A stretch of DNA of 64,000 bases, taken from an uncultured Ignavibacteria bacterium. GTDB lineage: Bacteria; Zixibacteria; MSB-5A5; RBG-16-43-9. Positions 36,865 to 47,393 of the stretch are shown one piece after another. A program made the position numbers and the translations under genes. The notes beneath the pieces were generated by a model, which saw only the letters and a program-made list of their open reading frames with translations, had not been told where the DNA came from and searched no databases. How positions within the stretch are numbered: position 1 is the stretch's first letter; every line of letters begins with the position of its first letter. The stretch lies in assembly GCA_964511075.1 (NCBI GenBank), contig CAZEDM010000006.1, positions 123,255 to 187,254 of the forward strand, written 5' to 3'.

Positions 36865-37299
36865 TTACTTATTCATGCTCAGAAGCACTATCCTCACTAT
36901 CTCCAGGAGCCGGTCGCAGTTGAAGGGCTTTTTTATGAACATATCGCCGCCTACCCTGAAGCTTCTTCCCTCGTCCGACCTGGCGTCCTTGCCGGTGAGG
37001 AAGATGATGGGTATGTTCTCCGTCTCCTTGTTCTTCTTAAGCTCGTCGCAGACCTCGTAACCATCCATAAAGGGCATCATAATGTCCAGAAGAATCAGAT
37101 CCGGCTTGAAGGTCTTGGCCCTCTCGATCCCCATCACGCTGGAGTTCTCCACCAATATCTGATACCCGGCTTCCTTAAGAAAGGTCTCGATTATCTCGGT
37201 TATCTCTGCCTCGTCGTCTATCACCAGTATCCTGGCGGGCTTGCTCTTCTTATCCGCCTTGGGTGCCTGCACAGAAACCGGACTTTTGTTAGACTGCAT
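36865..37299 (-). CDS. Single-domain response regulator (receiver)
   Basis: ILVIDDE; LILLDIMMP.MDG; IFLT; IKKPF. Confidence 0.92.
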   Translation of the reverse strand: MQSNKSPVSVQAPKADKKSKPARILVIDDEAEITEIIETFLKEAGYQILVENSSVMGIERAKTFKPDLILLDIMMPFMDGYEVCDELKKNKETENIPIIFLTGKDARSDEGRSFRVGGDMFIKKPFNCDRLLEIVRIVLLSMNK

Positions 37300-37313
37300 A
37301 TTCCCCCCTGTTT

Positions 37314-38114
37314 TTATCTGGATATAATCCTTTTATAAAACTCTGGTTTTCTATCATCAAAGATAAAATTGTTTTGAGTGAACTTTTTCTCCCTGGCTAA
37401 ACGAGGATCAATCTCCACTACACCCGTCTCCTCCTTATCCTGACTGGCTCTGAGAAGAAGCCTTCCTTGGGGATCGGTTACCTGGCTTTTGCCGGTGAAG
37501 GTAAGTTCCTTTTCTGCTCTTCTTTCCTTTCCGATACGGTTGCAGGTTATGGTGAAAACTCCGTTTTCCAGGCTGCGGGTCAGCATCGCCTCCTGGGCAT
37601 AAGGTAAAACCAGATTCGAAGGATGACAGATTATATCCGCACCCTTCAGGGCTAAAACCCTGGCTATCTCCGGAAAAAGCCAGTCGAAGCAGATCATAAT
37701 TCCCGCCTTTACCTCACCGATATCGAATATCTCCGGCTCCTTATCGCCGGGATCAAAGAGCGTCTTCTCCCGGTCGAAAAGCTGAAGCTTACGGTATACT
37801 CCTGTTTTTCCCTCCAGAGTCAGAAGAACCGCTGAGTTATAGAGCTTGTTCTTATATTTTTCCGCCAGGCCGAATACCAGGCTGATTTTTGTTCTCTGGC
37901 TTAGCTTTGACAAGAATTCAGTGGTCTTCCCCTGGGGAATCTCCTCAGCTAAACTTTCAAGCTCTTCCCTATCCGTAAAGACATATCCGCTATTGAATAG
38001 CTCCGGCAGGACCAGAAGGTCTGCCTCAGCTTTCAGGATAAGCTCCTCTGCTTTTTTGAGATTCTCCTCTTTTTTACCAAAGAACGGATAAAACTGCACA
38101 AAACCGACTTTCAA
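37314..38114 (-). CDS. Carbon-nitrogen hydrolase (nitrilase superfamily)
   Basis: LPE, YRK, ICFD (E-K-C triad). Confidence 0.92.
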   Translation of the reverse strand: MKVGFVQFYPFFGKKEENLKKAEELILKAEADLLVLPELFNSGYVFTDREELESLAEEIPQGKTTEFLSKLSQRTKISLVFGLAEKYKNKLYNSAVLLTLEGKTGVYRKLQLFDREKTLFDPGDKEPEIFDIGEVKAGIMICFDWLFPEIARVLALKGADIICHPSNLVLPYAQEAMLTRSLENGVFTITCNRIGKERRAEKELTFTGKSQVTDPQGRLLLRASQDKEETGVVEIDPRLAREKKFTQNNFIFDDRKPEFYKRIISR

Positions 38115-38180
38115 ACGGTCCTCCTTTTTATTTTCGACTGATATTATAAATATCTTTAGCCTGAAAAAGGTGTTTGGAAA

Positions 38181-39569
38181 TTAAAGAGTTACCTCATCCC
38201 CTCTGTCCGGTACGCTAACATTCTGAATCCCAAGAGATTCGATTGCACCTTTCAATGCCTGGATCTGCTTCTCCTCGCCGTGCACCAGGAAGACCTCTTT
38301 CAGATTCTTCCGGGCTTGCTCCACGTACTGCAAAAGCCCGTTTCTGTCCGCATGGGCTGAAAAGGAATCGAAAACCACCACCTCGGATTTAAGATCATAT
38401 TCCTCTCCATATATCCTTATCCTGGGGTACCTCTCTACTATTTTCCTGCCCAGGGTGTTCTCTGCCATATACCCAACCACCAGTATGGTATTCTTCGGAT
38501 CCTCGATATTGTTCTTCAGGTGATGAAGTATCCTTCCGCCTTCGCACATCCCTGAGCCAGAGATTATGATACAGGGCTCCTCTGAATGATTCAGCTTTTT
38601 AGAATCCTCCACCTCGGTTATATAGGATATCTCTTTCAATCCAAAAAGCTCATCCTTTTCCAGAATAGCTTTGGTTTCCCGATCGAAACATTCCGGATGC
38701 AGCCTGAAGATCTCGGTCACGTTTACCGCCAGGGGGCTGTCCACATAAACCGGCAGCCTGGGTATCCCGCCCTCTTTTTCCAGAAGATGCAGGCAGTAGA
38801 GCAGCTCCTGGGTTCTTTCCATGGCAAATGCGGGAACGATTACCTTACCACCTCTATGGTAGGTCCGATTGATGGTCTGGGCTAATTTGTCGGAGGTGGT
38901 ACTGAAATCGTCGTGGAGGCGGCCTCCGTAGGTGCTCTCCAGGATAAGGTAGTCTATATCTTTAACCTGAACCGGGTCTCTGAGTATCGGAAGATTTTTT
39001 CTGCCCAAGTCCACCGCATATAGAAGCCTTTTCTTCACCCTGTTCTCCAGGACCTCAAGGAAGATAAGAGCAGAGCCCAGGATATGACCGGCATCGAAAA
39101 GAGTGACTCTGATATTGGAGGTTACATAGAAAAACCTGTTATACCCTATCCCCTTGAACAACTCCAGAGAGTTCTCTGCATCCTCGATGGTGTAGAGCGG
39201 CACAATCTCCGGAATACCTTTATTCTGATTCCTCCTGTTCAGATATTCAGCATCCTTTTCCTGCAGATAAGCGGAATCTTTTAGCATCACTAAACATAAA
39301 TCCCGGGTGGCGAAGGTCGAATAGATGGTATTTCCATACCCGTTTTTGACCAAGGTGGGGATGTTGCCTGAATGGTCTATGTGTGCATGGGACAGAACCA
39401 TCCTTTCGATACTCTGAGGCTCAAAGGGGAGGTTTTTGTTTCTCTGGTTCGATTCCTCCCTCCTCCCCTGAAAAAGCCCGCAGTCGATTAATACCTTCTT
39501 CCCCTCTGACTCCAGTATGTGCATCGAGCCGGTTACTGACTTGGTGGCACCAAGAAATTTTATCTTCAA
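38181..39569 (-). CDS. MBL-fold beta-CASP ribonuclease
   Basis: GAT..VTGS; SHAHIDH; AGHILG; ESTYG; GMCEGGR; FSAHAD. Confidence 0.92.
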   Translation of the reverse strand: MKIKFLGATKSVTGSMHILESEGKKVLIDCGLFQGRREESNQRNKNLPFEPQSIERMVLSHAHIDHSGNIPTLVKNGYGNTIYSTFATRDLCLVMLKDSAYLQEKDAEYLNRRNQNKGIPEIVPLYTIEDAENSLELFKGIGYNRFFYVTSNIRVTLFDAGHILGSALIFLEVLENRVKKRLLYAVDLGRKNLPILRDPVQVKDIDYLILESTYGGRLHDDFSTTSDKLAQTINRTYHRGGKVIVPAFAMERTQELLYCLHLLEKEGGIPRLPVYVDSPLAVNVTEIFRLHPECFDRETKAILEKDELFGLKEISYITEVEDSKKLNHSEEPCIIISGSGMCEGGRILHHLKNNIEDPKNTILVVGYMAENTLGRKIVERYPRIRIYGEEYDLKSEVVVFDSFSAHADRNGLLQYVEQARKNLKEVFLVHGEEKQIQALKGAIESLGIQNVSVPDRGDEVTL

Positions 39570-39760
39570 ATTATCCTCCAGCTGTGATACTGCCGATTTA
39601 TCGGCTTCATTTTTTAGTTAATCTCAAAATAAACCAAACCACACAGCCTGTCAAACCAAAAAGAGATTTTCCTTTGTTTTTTGCCTCAGGCTGATTTATT
39701 TTCGTAAAAAAGGTAGATACTGGTTGCCACCAACCTGGGTCAATCTAAAAATTCTCGATT

Positions 39761-40792
39761 ATGGAAAAAATCAACCTGAAAGGTCTGTGGATAGAAGAGC
39801 TGGAGGAGCTTCTCGATAAGCTGGGGGAGAAAAAGTACAAGGCTAAGCAGTTAGCCAAATGGATTTACAACAAAGGTGCATCCGATTTCGGGCAGATGAC
39901 CGACCTCTCCAAGGAGCTTAGAAGAAAGCTATCCGAGACATCGTATATCGGCAGGCTGAAGTTAGCGAAAAAACAGATTTCCCGGATTGATCGTACGGAG
40001 AAATTTTTATTTGAGCTGGGTGACGGGAAAAAGATCGAAACAGTATTGATGAGGGAAAAAGACAGGGTGACCGTATGCACCTCGACCCAGGTTGGCTGTG
40101 CCTTAAGCTGTATCTTCTGTGCCACAGGCAAGATGGGCTTCGAGAGGAATCTTTCTGCTGGCGAGATTGTCGACCAGATCACAGCGGCAAAAGAGTATCT
40201 GCAGGAAGAGGAAAAAATAACCAATATCGTGATAATGGGTATGGGCGAGCCTCTGTTGAACTACCAGAACACAGTCAAAGCCGTAAGGATTATCCAGTCG
40301 GAATTAGGCTTATCCATCTCCGCCAAAAGGATAACCCTTTCCACCGCAGGAATCACCCCCCGGATTTACGAGTTAGCCGAGGAGAACCTGAAGATAAAAT
40401 TAGCCTTATCCCTGAACGCTCCGGATAACGAATTAAGAAAAGAGCTTATGCCCATCACCAAAAAATACCCACTTTCCAGGGTCCTGGAAGCCTTGAAATA
40501 TTATGCCAGGATAAATGATACCAGGATAACCTTCGAATATATCTTAATCAAAGATATAAATGATTCCGAAGAGCAGGCAAAGGAGCTGGCAAAGCTTGTG
40601 CGCGGAATACCCTGCAAGATAAATCTCATCCCCTTTAACCCCATCAAAAACTGCCCTTTTAGAAAACCAGATGAGGAGACCTTGCAGAAATTCAGGGACA
40701 TATTATACCCCAGAGCACCTGCGGTAACTTTACGCAAAAGCAAAGGAGAGGATATCCAGGCCGCCTGCGGACAGTTAAAAGCTGGAATGTAA
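39761..40792 (+). CDS. rlmN: 23S rRNA (A2503-C2) methyltransferase
   Basis: QVGCALSCIFCATG; MGMGEPL; GEDIQAACGQL. Confidence 0.95.
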   Translation: MEKINLKGLWIEELEELLDKLGEKKYKAKQLAKWIYNKGASDFGQMTDLSKELRRKLSETSYIGRLKLAKKQISRIDRTEKFLFELGDGKKIETVLMREKDRVTVCTSTQVGCALSCIFCATGKMGFERNLSAGEIVDQITAAKEYLQEEEKITNIVIMGMGEPLLNYQNTVKAVRIIQSELGLSISAKRITLSTAGITPRIYELAEENLKIKLALSLNAPDNELRKELMPITKKYPLSRVLEALKYYARINDTRITFEYILIKDINDSEEQAKELAKLVRGIPCKINLIPFNPIKNCPFRKPDEETLQKFRDILYPRAPAVTLRKSKGEDIQAACGQLKAGM

Positions 40793-40795
40793 TTT

Positions 40796-40823
40796 GTAGG
40801 GGCACGTTGCAACGTGCTCTTAC
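40796..40823 (+). repeat. GTAG-type REP-like hairpin
   Basis: GTAGGGGCACGTTGCAACGTGCTCTTAC. Confidence 0.65.
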
Positions 40824-40849
40824 ACTTCTATAAGGGAAAAACTAAGACC

Positions 40850-41281
40850 TCAAGACCTTGATGGCTTTCCTCTGCATATTTTCAAATAGCTTTCTAATTC
40901 TTTGGTGGAAGAAAATAACTTTTTCGAGAGAAATTTGACTGCCCAGTTCTCCTTCAGGGGAGATATGGTCCACACCGGCACTTTATTTTTACAGCATTCC
41001 CACATCTCCACTGCCGTTCCCATGCTGGCTTGCGGCAGATAGGCAATCACCAGGTCCGAGGACAGCGCCTCTTTTATGGAGTTATGGAAAACCTTTTTGG
41101 CAAACTTGTTAGCATAGTAGGCAGACCCGGGATGGTCAGCCACCGGGTCTATGATCTTGGCCTCGGGAAAATACTTATTCAGGATTCTTTTCAAGTCTTT
41201 CCTGTAATCCTGGTTATGTAAAACCTTTCCCTTTTTAGACCCCTGGATGATCCCGGCGATGAAAATGGTTTTGATCTTCAT
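40850..41281 (-). CDS. Nucleoside 2-deoxyribosyltransferase-like protein
   Basis: IFIAG; SDLVIAY..ASMGTAVE; start placed at MKIKTIF because the upstream extension is repeat DNA. Confidence 0.65.
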   Translation of the reverse strand: MKIKTIFIAGIIQGSKKGKVLHNQDYRKDLKRILNKYFPEAKIIDPVADHPGSAYYANKFAKKVFHNSIKEALSSDLVIAYLPQASMGTAVEMWECCKNKVPVWTISPLKENWAVKFLSKKLFSSTKELESYLKICRGKPSRS

Positions 41282-41292
41282 ATTTTTCGTTT

Positions 41293-41490
41293 GTGCGGGA
41301 ATTGGAATTCCCGCACAGTTATAAGGATAGAACCCACCACAGGCGGGTTCTGCCACTACATTCCCAAAGTTCCCTCTCCTTTTTAAGGAGAGGGACAGGG
41401 AGAGGTTCTATAAATCAACAGACCCATTTTGAATGCAAGGTGATTAATCTGTCTCAAACAATTCTGGCGACCCTGAAAGGGTCGCACTAC
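41293..41490. repeat. Cluster of REP-like hairpins
   Basis: GTGCGGGAATT..AATTCCCGCAC; AGAACCC..GGGTTCT; TCCCTCTCCTT..AAGGAGAGGGA; GCGACCCTGAAAGGGTCGCACTAC. Confidence 0.75.
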
Positions 41491-41533
41491 GAATCGCTCC
41501 CTGCTACTTGCTACCTGCTCCAAGCTTTTTCTT

Positions 41534-42523
41534 TTATGCCAGGCACATCGCTATCGCCACCACGTTGACTATATCCTCCACGCTGCAGCCTCTGGATAAA
41601 TCGTTCGCCGGCTTAGCCAGGCCCTGAATAATGGGACCAATTGCCTCAGCCTTAGCCATCCTCTGAACCAATTTATAGGCGATATTGCCTGAATTCAGAT
41701 CCGGGAATATCAGGACATTGGCTTCGCCTTTTAAAATACTGTCCGGACATTTCTTCTCCGCAACTTTCGGAATGATTGCCGCATCTGCCTGCAGTTCTCC
41801 ATCTATTTTCAGATTCGGGTCCTGTTCCTTGGCGATCTTGGTCGCCTCCTTGACCCGGTCTATCATCTCGTGCTGAGCGCTTCCCTTGCTGGAAAAGGAA
41901 AGCATCGCCACCCTGGGCTCTTCTCCTACCAGCTCACGCATGGTCCTGGCACAGGATAAGGCAATGGAGGCTAACTGCTTCGGGTCCGGGTCCGGAAGAA
42001 CTGCACAGTCGCCAAAGACGAAAATCTTATCCTTTACACCCAAAAACTCCGGCAAAACCATTATAAAAGAGCTGGAAACCGTGTTGATTCCCGGAGCCAG
42101 CCCGATTATATGAAGCCCTGCCCTTAGAACATCCCCGGTGGTATTAATCGAGCCTGCCACGAAACCGTCCACCTCATTTTTCCTTACCATCATCGCACCG
42201 TAAAACAAGGGATTGAGCATAATCCTCTTGGCTTGCTCTATAGTCATCCCCTTTTTCTCTCTTAAACGAGAATATTCCCCAGCATATTCCTCGTATCTTT
42301 CGGCATTTGCAGGATTGATGACTTCAACCTGACTTAAACTCAGACCGGATGATTCAGCCAGTTTCTTGATCTTCTCCTCGTCGCCTAAAAGGACCACCTC
42401 GGCGATTTTCCCGGCAAGTATATCCCTGGCTGCCTTAACCATCCTCTCCTCTGTCCCCTCTGGCAGAACCACCCTTTTATGCCTGGCTTTGGCTTTTTCC
42501 CTGATCTGTTTTATTACCTCCAT
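41534..42523 (-). CDS. pta: Phosphate acetyltransferase
   Basis: VVLPEG; FGDCAV; AMLSFSSKGS; DGELQ.DAA; FPDLNSGNI.YK; NDLSRG. Confidence 0.95.
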   Translation of the reverse strand: MEVIKQIREKAKARHKRVVLPEGTEERMVKAARDILAGKIAEVVLLGDEEKIKKLAESSGLSLSQVEVINPANAERYEEYAGEYSRLREKKGMTIEQAKRIMLNPLFYGAMMVRKNEVDGFVAGSINTTGDVLRAGLHIIGLAPGINTVSSSFIMVLPEFLGVKDKIFVFGDCAVLPDPDPKQLASIALSCARTMRELVGEEPRVAMLSFSSKGSAQHEMIDRVKEATKIAKEQDPNLKIDGELQADAAIIPKVAEKKCPDSILKGEANVLIFPDLNSGNIAYKLVQRMAKAEAIGPIIQGLAKPANDLSRGCSVEDIVNVVAIAMCLA

Positions 42524-42616
42524 ACCGCTCCTTGAAAATTGAAATTAGACTGTTGGTTCTCCTTTACTACATTAAAAGACCGTTCTCCAAGACAAATCCA
42601 ATAAGTGATTCTACCG

Positions 42617-42919
42617 TCACTCTTCATCTTTGAAAAGCGAATCCCATTTTCTCTTCTTATTTTCTTCGGGTGCAGGTTCATTACTATTACCGGGAAGCCT
42701 GTCGCTTGAGGTTTTCGGGTCGAAGTACTCGCAGAAATTACCCTTCTCCTTATATCTGACCCATTCAGCCTGCGGCTCTTTGCACTGGTGGTGTGCATCC
42801 GTATCGTAAAGCCGGCAGTTGTAACAGCATTTCAGATCAGCCTCGCAGTTCGGACAGATGTCTTTTCTATTTATCTTTTCCGATACCTCAATCTCTTTTT
42901 TACAACTCCAGCAGAGCAC
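42617..42919 (-). CDS. Small cysteine-rich, probably metal-binding protein
   Basis: CxxC, CPxC, CCxxC, C and FCEYF. Confidence 0.75.
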   Translation of the reverse strand: MLCWSCKKEIEVSEKINRKDICPNCEADLKCCYNCRLYDTDAHHQCKEPQAEWVRYKEKGNFCEYFDPKTSSDRLPGNSNEPAPEENKKRKWDSLFKDEE

Positions 42920-42937
42920 AAAATCTCCTCGAATTTT

Positions 42938-44041
42938 TCATCTGGATAAATCTATTTGCTCCTCACTCCATTGATCGTCTGAGCCAAGATACGAAAAATA
43001 GAACGTCTCTGAATCATCAGACCATCTAAAAATGGATACAGGTATCCCCGCTATGAGCTCGTAAGTTTTGACCAGCTCTATTTTCCCCTCTCCTTTCAGT
43101 TCATAGAAATCTATATTATTTCCCGAACTACTTTTTTTCAACAAAGCTAAACGGCTACCATCAGGGGACCAGGTGAGATTTGCATACTCAAGGCTATCAG
43201 AGTAATCAAATAGTAATAACTTCTTTTCCCAAAGATCAAAAACTCCCAAGAAACTCAATTCCTCCTCTCCCGATCCAATAAAGGCTATGGTGTTATACTG
43301 AACTGAGAAGACGATTGCGGAAATATGAAAATATCTATCCTCCAAAAAGCCTTTAAAATCCTTCCCTAAATCCATTGCCAGCTTTGGCAGATCACCCAGC
43401 TTTAATACCGGTTCCCTTTGAGTTGAAACATAGACGTCACCATCACCCCAGCTAGTAGAGAAACCGATATTTGAATTATCAGCTACATCTATTGTTAGCA
43501 ACTCCTTTGAACAAATTCTTTCGCTGCCTTGTGGGACTGCACCATATTTGCAGAAAACCTGGTAACAGTCGCTGTCGCTTTTTTTATATAGCCTATCACC
43601 AAAGACGGTAAGAATAATATCTTTAGACTCCAAATCGACTACCCTTATTCACCCATCAATTATCTCGCAACCAAGAAAAATCACAAATATAAAATTTCTT
43701 TCAGCATAAGAATCCCATAAGAGGGTATCTACAGCAAAACCGAATTTATGCAGAAAAGTACGTTCACTACCATCAATTTTACAATAGTAAACATCTCTTC
43801 CCTCACTCTCAAAACCCAAATGATTGCTCGTGGTATAAGCCACATATTTCAGGTCAGGGGACAAGACCACCGTATTGGGTGACTGAGGCTCCCATTGTCT
43901 GACTATTTGAAACTTCTCGCCAGTTTCCAACTGGGTGCAATAATAACCATTTTCCTGTATAATCTTAACCTTACTCTCTCCTGGATAGGCAATCCCGGAA
44001 ATGAAAATCAACGATAAAAGCAAATAATTTATCTTATTCAT
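42938..44041 (-). pseudogene. Secreted TolB/WD40-like beta-propeller protein split by one in-frame TGA
   Basis: ORFs 43649..44041 and 42938..43633 are in the same frame (EIIDG*IRVVDLESK); SPD/WSPDG repeats; signal peptide. Confidence 0.65.
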
Positions 44042-44059
44042 CTAATTCTATCAATGAAA

Positions 44060-45203
44060 TTAACTTTTAATCTCGTTTTTGTGCTTTTTCTTTGGATTGT
44101 TTTCATCCTTGTTATCTGTTTCCTTAAACTGGCTCAGATATACCCGGATAAACTCATCGATCTCCCCATCCATCACTGCCTGCCCGTTCGAGGTTTCAAC
44201 TCCGGTGCGGTGGTCCTTGACCAGAACGTAAGGATGAAAAACATAGGAGCGGATCTGGCTGCCCCATTCGATTTTCTTTTTCTTCTTCTCTATCTCCTGA
44301 AGCTTCTCCTCCTCTTTTTCTTTGTAGTATTGATACAGCCGGGATTTCAGAACCTTCAGGGCATTATCCTTGTTCTGGAATTGGGACCTTTCGGACTGGC
44401 ACTGCACCACGATTCCCGTGGGGATATGGGTGATCCTGACTGCGGAGGAGGTTTTATTCACGTGCTGTCCGCCGGCACCCGATGCCCTGTAAGTATCGAT
44501 TTTCAGATCATCCTCTTTCAATTCCACGGTCAGGTTATCTTCTATTTCCGGGTAGATGAAAACCGAGGCAAAGGAGGTGTGTCTTCTCTTGTTGGCATCG
44601 AAGGGAGAGATCCTTACCAGGCGGTGAACCCCGCTTTCTGCTTTGAGAAACCCATAGGCATATTCGCCCTTGACCTCTATTGTGGCGCTTTTTATTCCAG
44701 CTTCCTCGCCAGCCAGAAGGTCGATTACCTCTCCTTTATAACCTTTTCTCTCGATCCATCGCAGGTACATCCTCAGAAGCATCTGCGACCAGTCCTGGGA
44801 TTCCGTGCCCCCAGCTCCTGAATGGATGGTCAAAAGCGCATCTTTGGGGTCATCCTCTCCGGATAAAATAGTGGCGAATTCGAAATCCTCGATCTCCTCT
44901 TCTAATTTCCTTAACTCGCTGGCTAACTCGGACTTGAGGGATTCGTCCTCCTGGGAAAGCTCATCCAGAACCTTGACTTCCTCTATATTCTTTAGAAGCT
45001 TATCCCATCTTTCATTCCATCTTTTTATGAAGGTGATATCTTTTAAAACCGATTGTGCTTTTTCGTTATCTTTCCAGAAATCAGGCTCCTGGGTCGATTT
45101 TTCCAGTTCAGCTAATCTCTTATTTTTTTTCTCCAGGTCAAAGAAACTCCCCTATTTTTGCTGCTCTATCTTTCAATTCCTCGAAATTTCTCTCCTCAGG
45201 CAT
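44060..45203 (-). CDS. prfB: Peptide chain release factor 2 with programmed +1 frameshift
   Basis: ATG at 45203; CTT TGA C at 45137-45143; continuous +1 frame with SPF and GGQ motifs. Confidence 0.96.
45137..45153 (-). promoter_or_regulatory. RF2 autoregulatory frameshift site
   Basis: AGGGGAG-TTT-CTTTGAC (internal SD plus slippery stop). Confidence 0.92.
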
Positions 45204-45337
45204 TGTACCTCCTTTTTTCACCACCATTTTCTGAAATTCAATATAAACCGATTTAAAGCAAAGTCAACTTCTTCTTTGAGCTTGACACTCTAATAAAAGT
45301 AGATAGATTAACTCTGTTTGAAACCTGATGGATAATT

Positions 45338-47065
45338 ATGTTTATCACCTCTTCCATAATCTGTGCCCTGATCCCGGAGTTGAGGGGAAACCTTCTTTTT
45401 TCCCGCATAAGGAAATTCAAGCTTTCCCCGGATTACAAAACGCTTTTGATTCTAACTCAAAAGGGGAAGGAATGGAAAACTCTTCTTTTCTCGGCTCATC
45501 CCGAATACTGCAGGATTTTGAGCTTGACCGAAGAAGAATCAAGCGAATTTCAAGATTGGGCTGTAACTCCTTTATTCTCGCCAGCCCTGGATTCGAACAT
45601 CTCCAGCCTCGAGCAGATAGATTTCGACCGGGTGATAAAGCTCTCCTGCCTGAAAGAAAGCGAACTTGGAAAAGAGGAGTTCGAGCTTTTCTTTGAGCTT
45701 ACCGGCAGAAACTCCAACGCCATTCTGATGCAGAAAGAAAAAGGGGTAATCCTGGATTCGTTGAAAAAAGTAAAACCTGCTCAGAGCAGGGTGCGCCAGA
45801 TATTACCCGGGATTAAATATATCCTGCCGCCTGCACCCAAAAAGCACAATCCCTTGAAAATCACGCAGGAGCAGTTTCAGAAAATGATACAGAGCCATCC
45901 GCAGGAGAATCTGCATAAGATTCTGAACTCTCATTTTATGGGTGTAGACGAGCTTTTGGCACAGATAACTGTGGAGAGATATCTGGAAAAAGCTCCTTTG
46001 AAACCTCTTCATATCGAAACCCTGTGGAAGAGTTTCCATTCGATATTCGAGCAGATATACAAAGGCGAAATATCTCCACACCTGATTCTGGACTCCGAGG
46101 AAAACCCGGCTGGAATATCCTTATTCGATCCGAATTTCATCCCCAAAAATAAAAAGATACCTTTCTCCAATTTGACCCAGGCTATAAATAAGTTTTTCTC
46201 CATAATTATCGAAAAAGAGAAGCAAGTAAAAAAGTTACAGAACTTTCAGGGGTTAACTCGCAAGGAAATAGAGAGACTAAAAAAGAGGAAGGTAAATCTG
46301 GAGGAGGAGTTTTCCCTTTTAAAAGAAGCACAGGATTATAAGAAAATCGGAGGCTTGATATTAAGTCACCTGAAGAAGATTAAAAGAGGAGCAGAATTCG
46401 TCGAATTACCGGATTTTTTTGTCCCCGGACGTAAGAAAATAAAAATCAAGCTTGATCCCTCTTTATCCGCCGAGGCTAATGCACAGGCTTATTACAAGAA
46501 ATATCGAAAAGCCCAAACCGGAACAGAGGAGCTCAAAAACAGGATTCTTCGAACTGAACAGGAGATAGGAGTTTTGGAGAAGATAAGCTCGGAGCTTCAA
46601 GCCGGTGAAAAACCTAATCTGAAAAGGATAGAGGCTAAGCTTTCATCTTTGGGTTTGATTAAAATCCCCCGACCCAAAGTAAGGGAAAAGAAAAAAGCCA
46701 GATACTCTCCCAGGGAATTTATCTCCGCAGACGGCTGGAAGATATTAGTGGGAAGAAACAACCGGGAAAACGATTACCTGACTTTCAGAATAGCCCAGGC
46801 TGAGGATCTGTGGTTTCATGCTCAGAACACAGCCGGCTCACACGTAGTCATAAGAAAAGGGGAAAGAAAAAAACACCCCTCGCCCAAAGCCATAGAGCAG
46901 GCAGCCTCCTTAGCCGCATATTATAGCCAGGCAAAATCATCCAAGAAAGTTTCTGTCATTTATACCCTGGTCAAATATGTCAAGAAACCAAAAAATGCCC
47001 CACCCGGTCTGGTCAAGGTGGAGAAGATGAAATCGATCCTGGTTGAGCCACGATTGCTGAAATAA
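45338..47065 (+). CDS. rqcH: Ribosome quality control protein RqcH/Rqc2 (NFACT/FbpA family)
   Basis: DRVI; ELTGRNSNAIL; NAQAYYKKY.K; VGRNNRENDYLT; WFHA...GSHV. Confidence 0.9.
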   Translation: MFITSSIICALIPELRGNLLFSRIRKFKLSPDYKTLLILTQKGKEWKTLLFSAHPEYCRILSLTEEESSEFQDWAVTPLFSPALDSNISSLEQIDFDRVIKLSCLKESELGKEEFELFFELTGRNSNAILMQKEKGVILDSLKKVKPAQSRVRQILPGIKYILPPAPKKHNPLKITQEQFQKMIQSHPQENLHKILNSHFMGVDELLAQITVERYLEKAPLKPLHIETLWKSFHSIFEQIYKGEISPHLILDSEENPAGISLFDPNFIPKNKKIPFSNLTQAINKFFSIIIEKEKQVKKLQNFQGLTRKEIERLKKRKVNLEEEFSLLKEAQDYKKIGGLILSHLKKIKRGAEFVELPDFFVPGRKKIKIKLDPSLSAEANAQAYYKKYRKAQTGTEELKNRILRTEQEIGVLEKISSELQAGEKPNLKRIEAKLSSLGLIKIPRPKVREKKKARYSPREFISADGWKILVGRNNRENDYLTFRIAQAEDLWFHAQNTAGSHVVIRKGERKKHPSPKAIEQAASLAAYYSQAKSSKKVSVIYTLVKYVKKPKNAPPGLVKVEKMKSILVEPRLLK

Positions 47066-47079
47066 ACCCTAAGAATTGT

Positions 47080-47386
47080 GTAGCGTCGGGCTTTATGCCC
47101 GACGAATTTTGTTGTAGCGGAAACCTTCAGGTTTCCATTTTTATTCTATAGAAAAACTGGAAGGCTAAGGCCTTCCGCTACAAAACCTTCCCGATTGTGG
47201 GCAAGGTGGGATTACCGGATCGGTTCGGGAAATCCAATTCCCGAACCAACGCGAGATTGATTCCCCTCCCTTGATGGGAGGGGTCAGGGGAGGGTAAAAT
47301 AATTCCCCTCTCCCTAATCCTCTCCCACGAGGGGAGAGGAAGCTCATAGTGCGTGGCTAATCCAGTCAATAGTGGAGTGCCCCTAC
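47080..47386. repeat. Cluster of REP-like hairpins between convergent genes
   Basis: GTAGCGTCGGGC..GCCCGACG; GTAGCGGAAACC..; GGAAGGC..GCCTTCCGCTAC; CCCCTCCCTTGATGGGAGGGG. Confidence 0.8.
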
Positions 47387-47393
47387 GAAAATC

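Noticed and set aside
42514-42798. 94-aa minus-strand ORF
   Set aside because: It overlaps the better-supported Cys-rich gene in another frame and has no recognisable motifs.
44054-44821. 255-aa plus-strand ORF
   Set aside because: Antisense shadow of prfB; other antisense ORFs over valS, uvrC, ispG, the ALDH and the MFS gene were rejected likewise.
45137-45143. prfB as a pseudogene
   Set aside because: The stop lies in the canonical CTT TGA C programmed frameshift.
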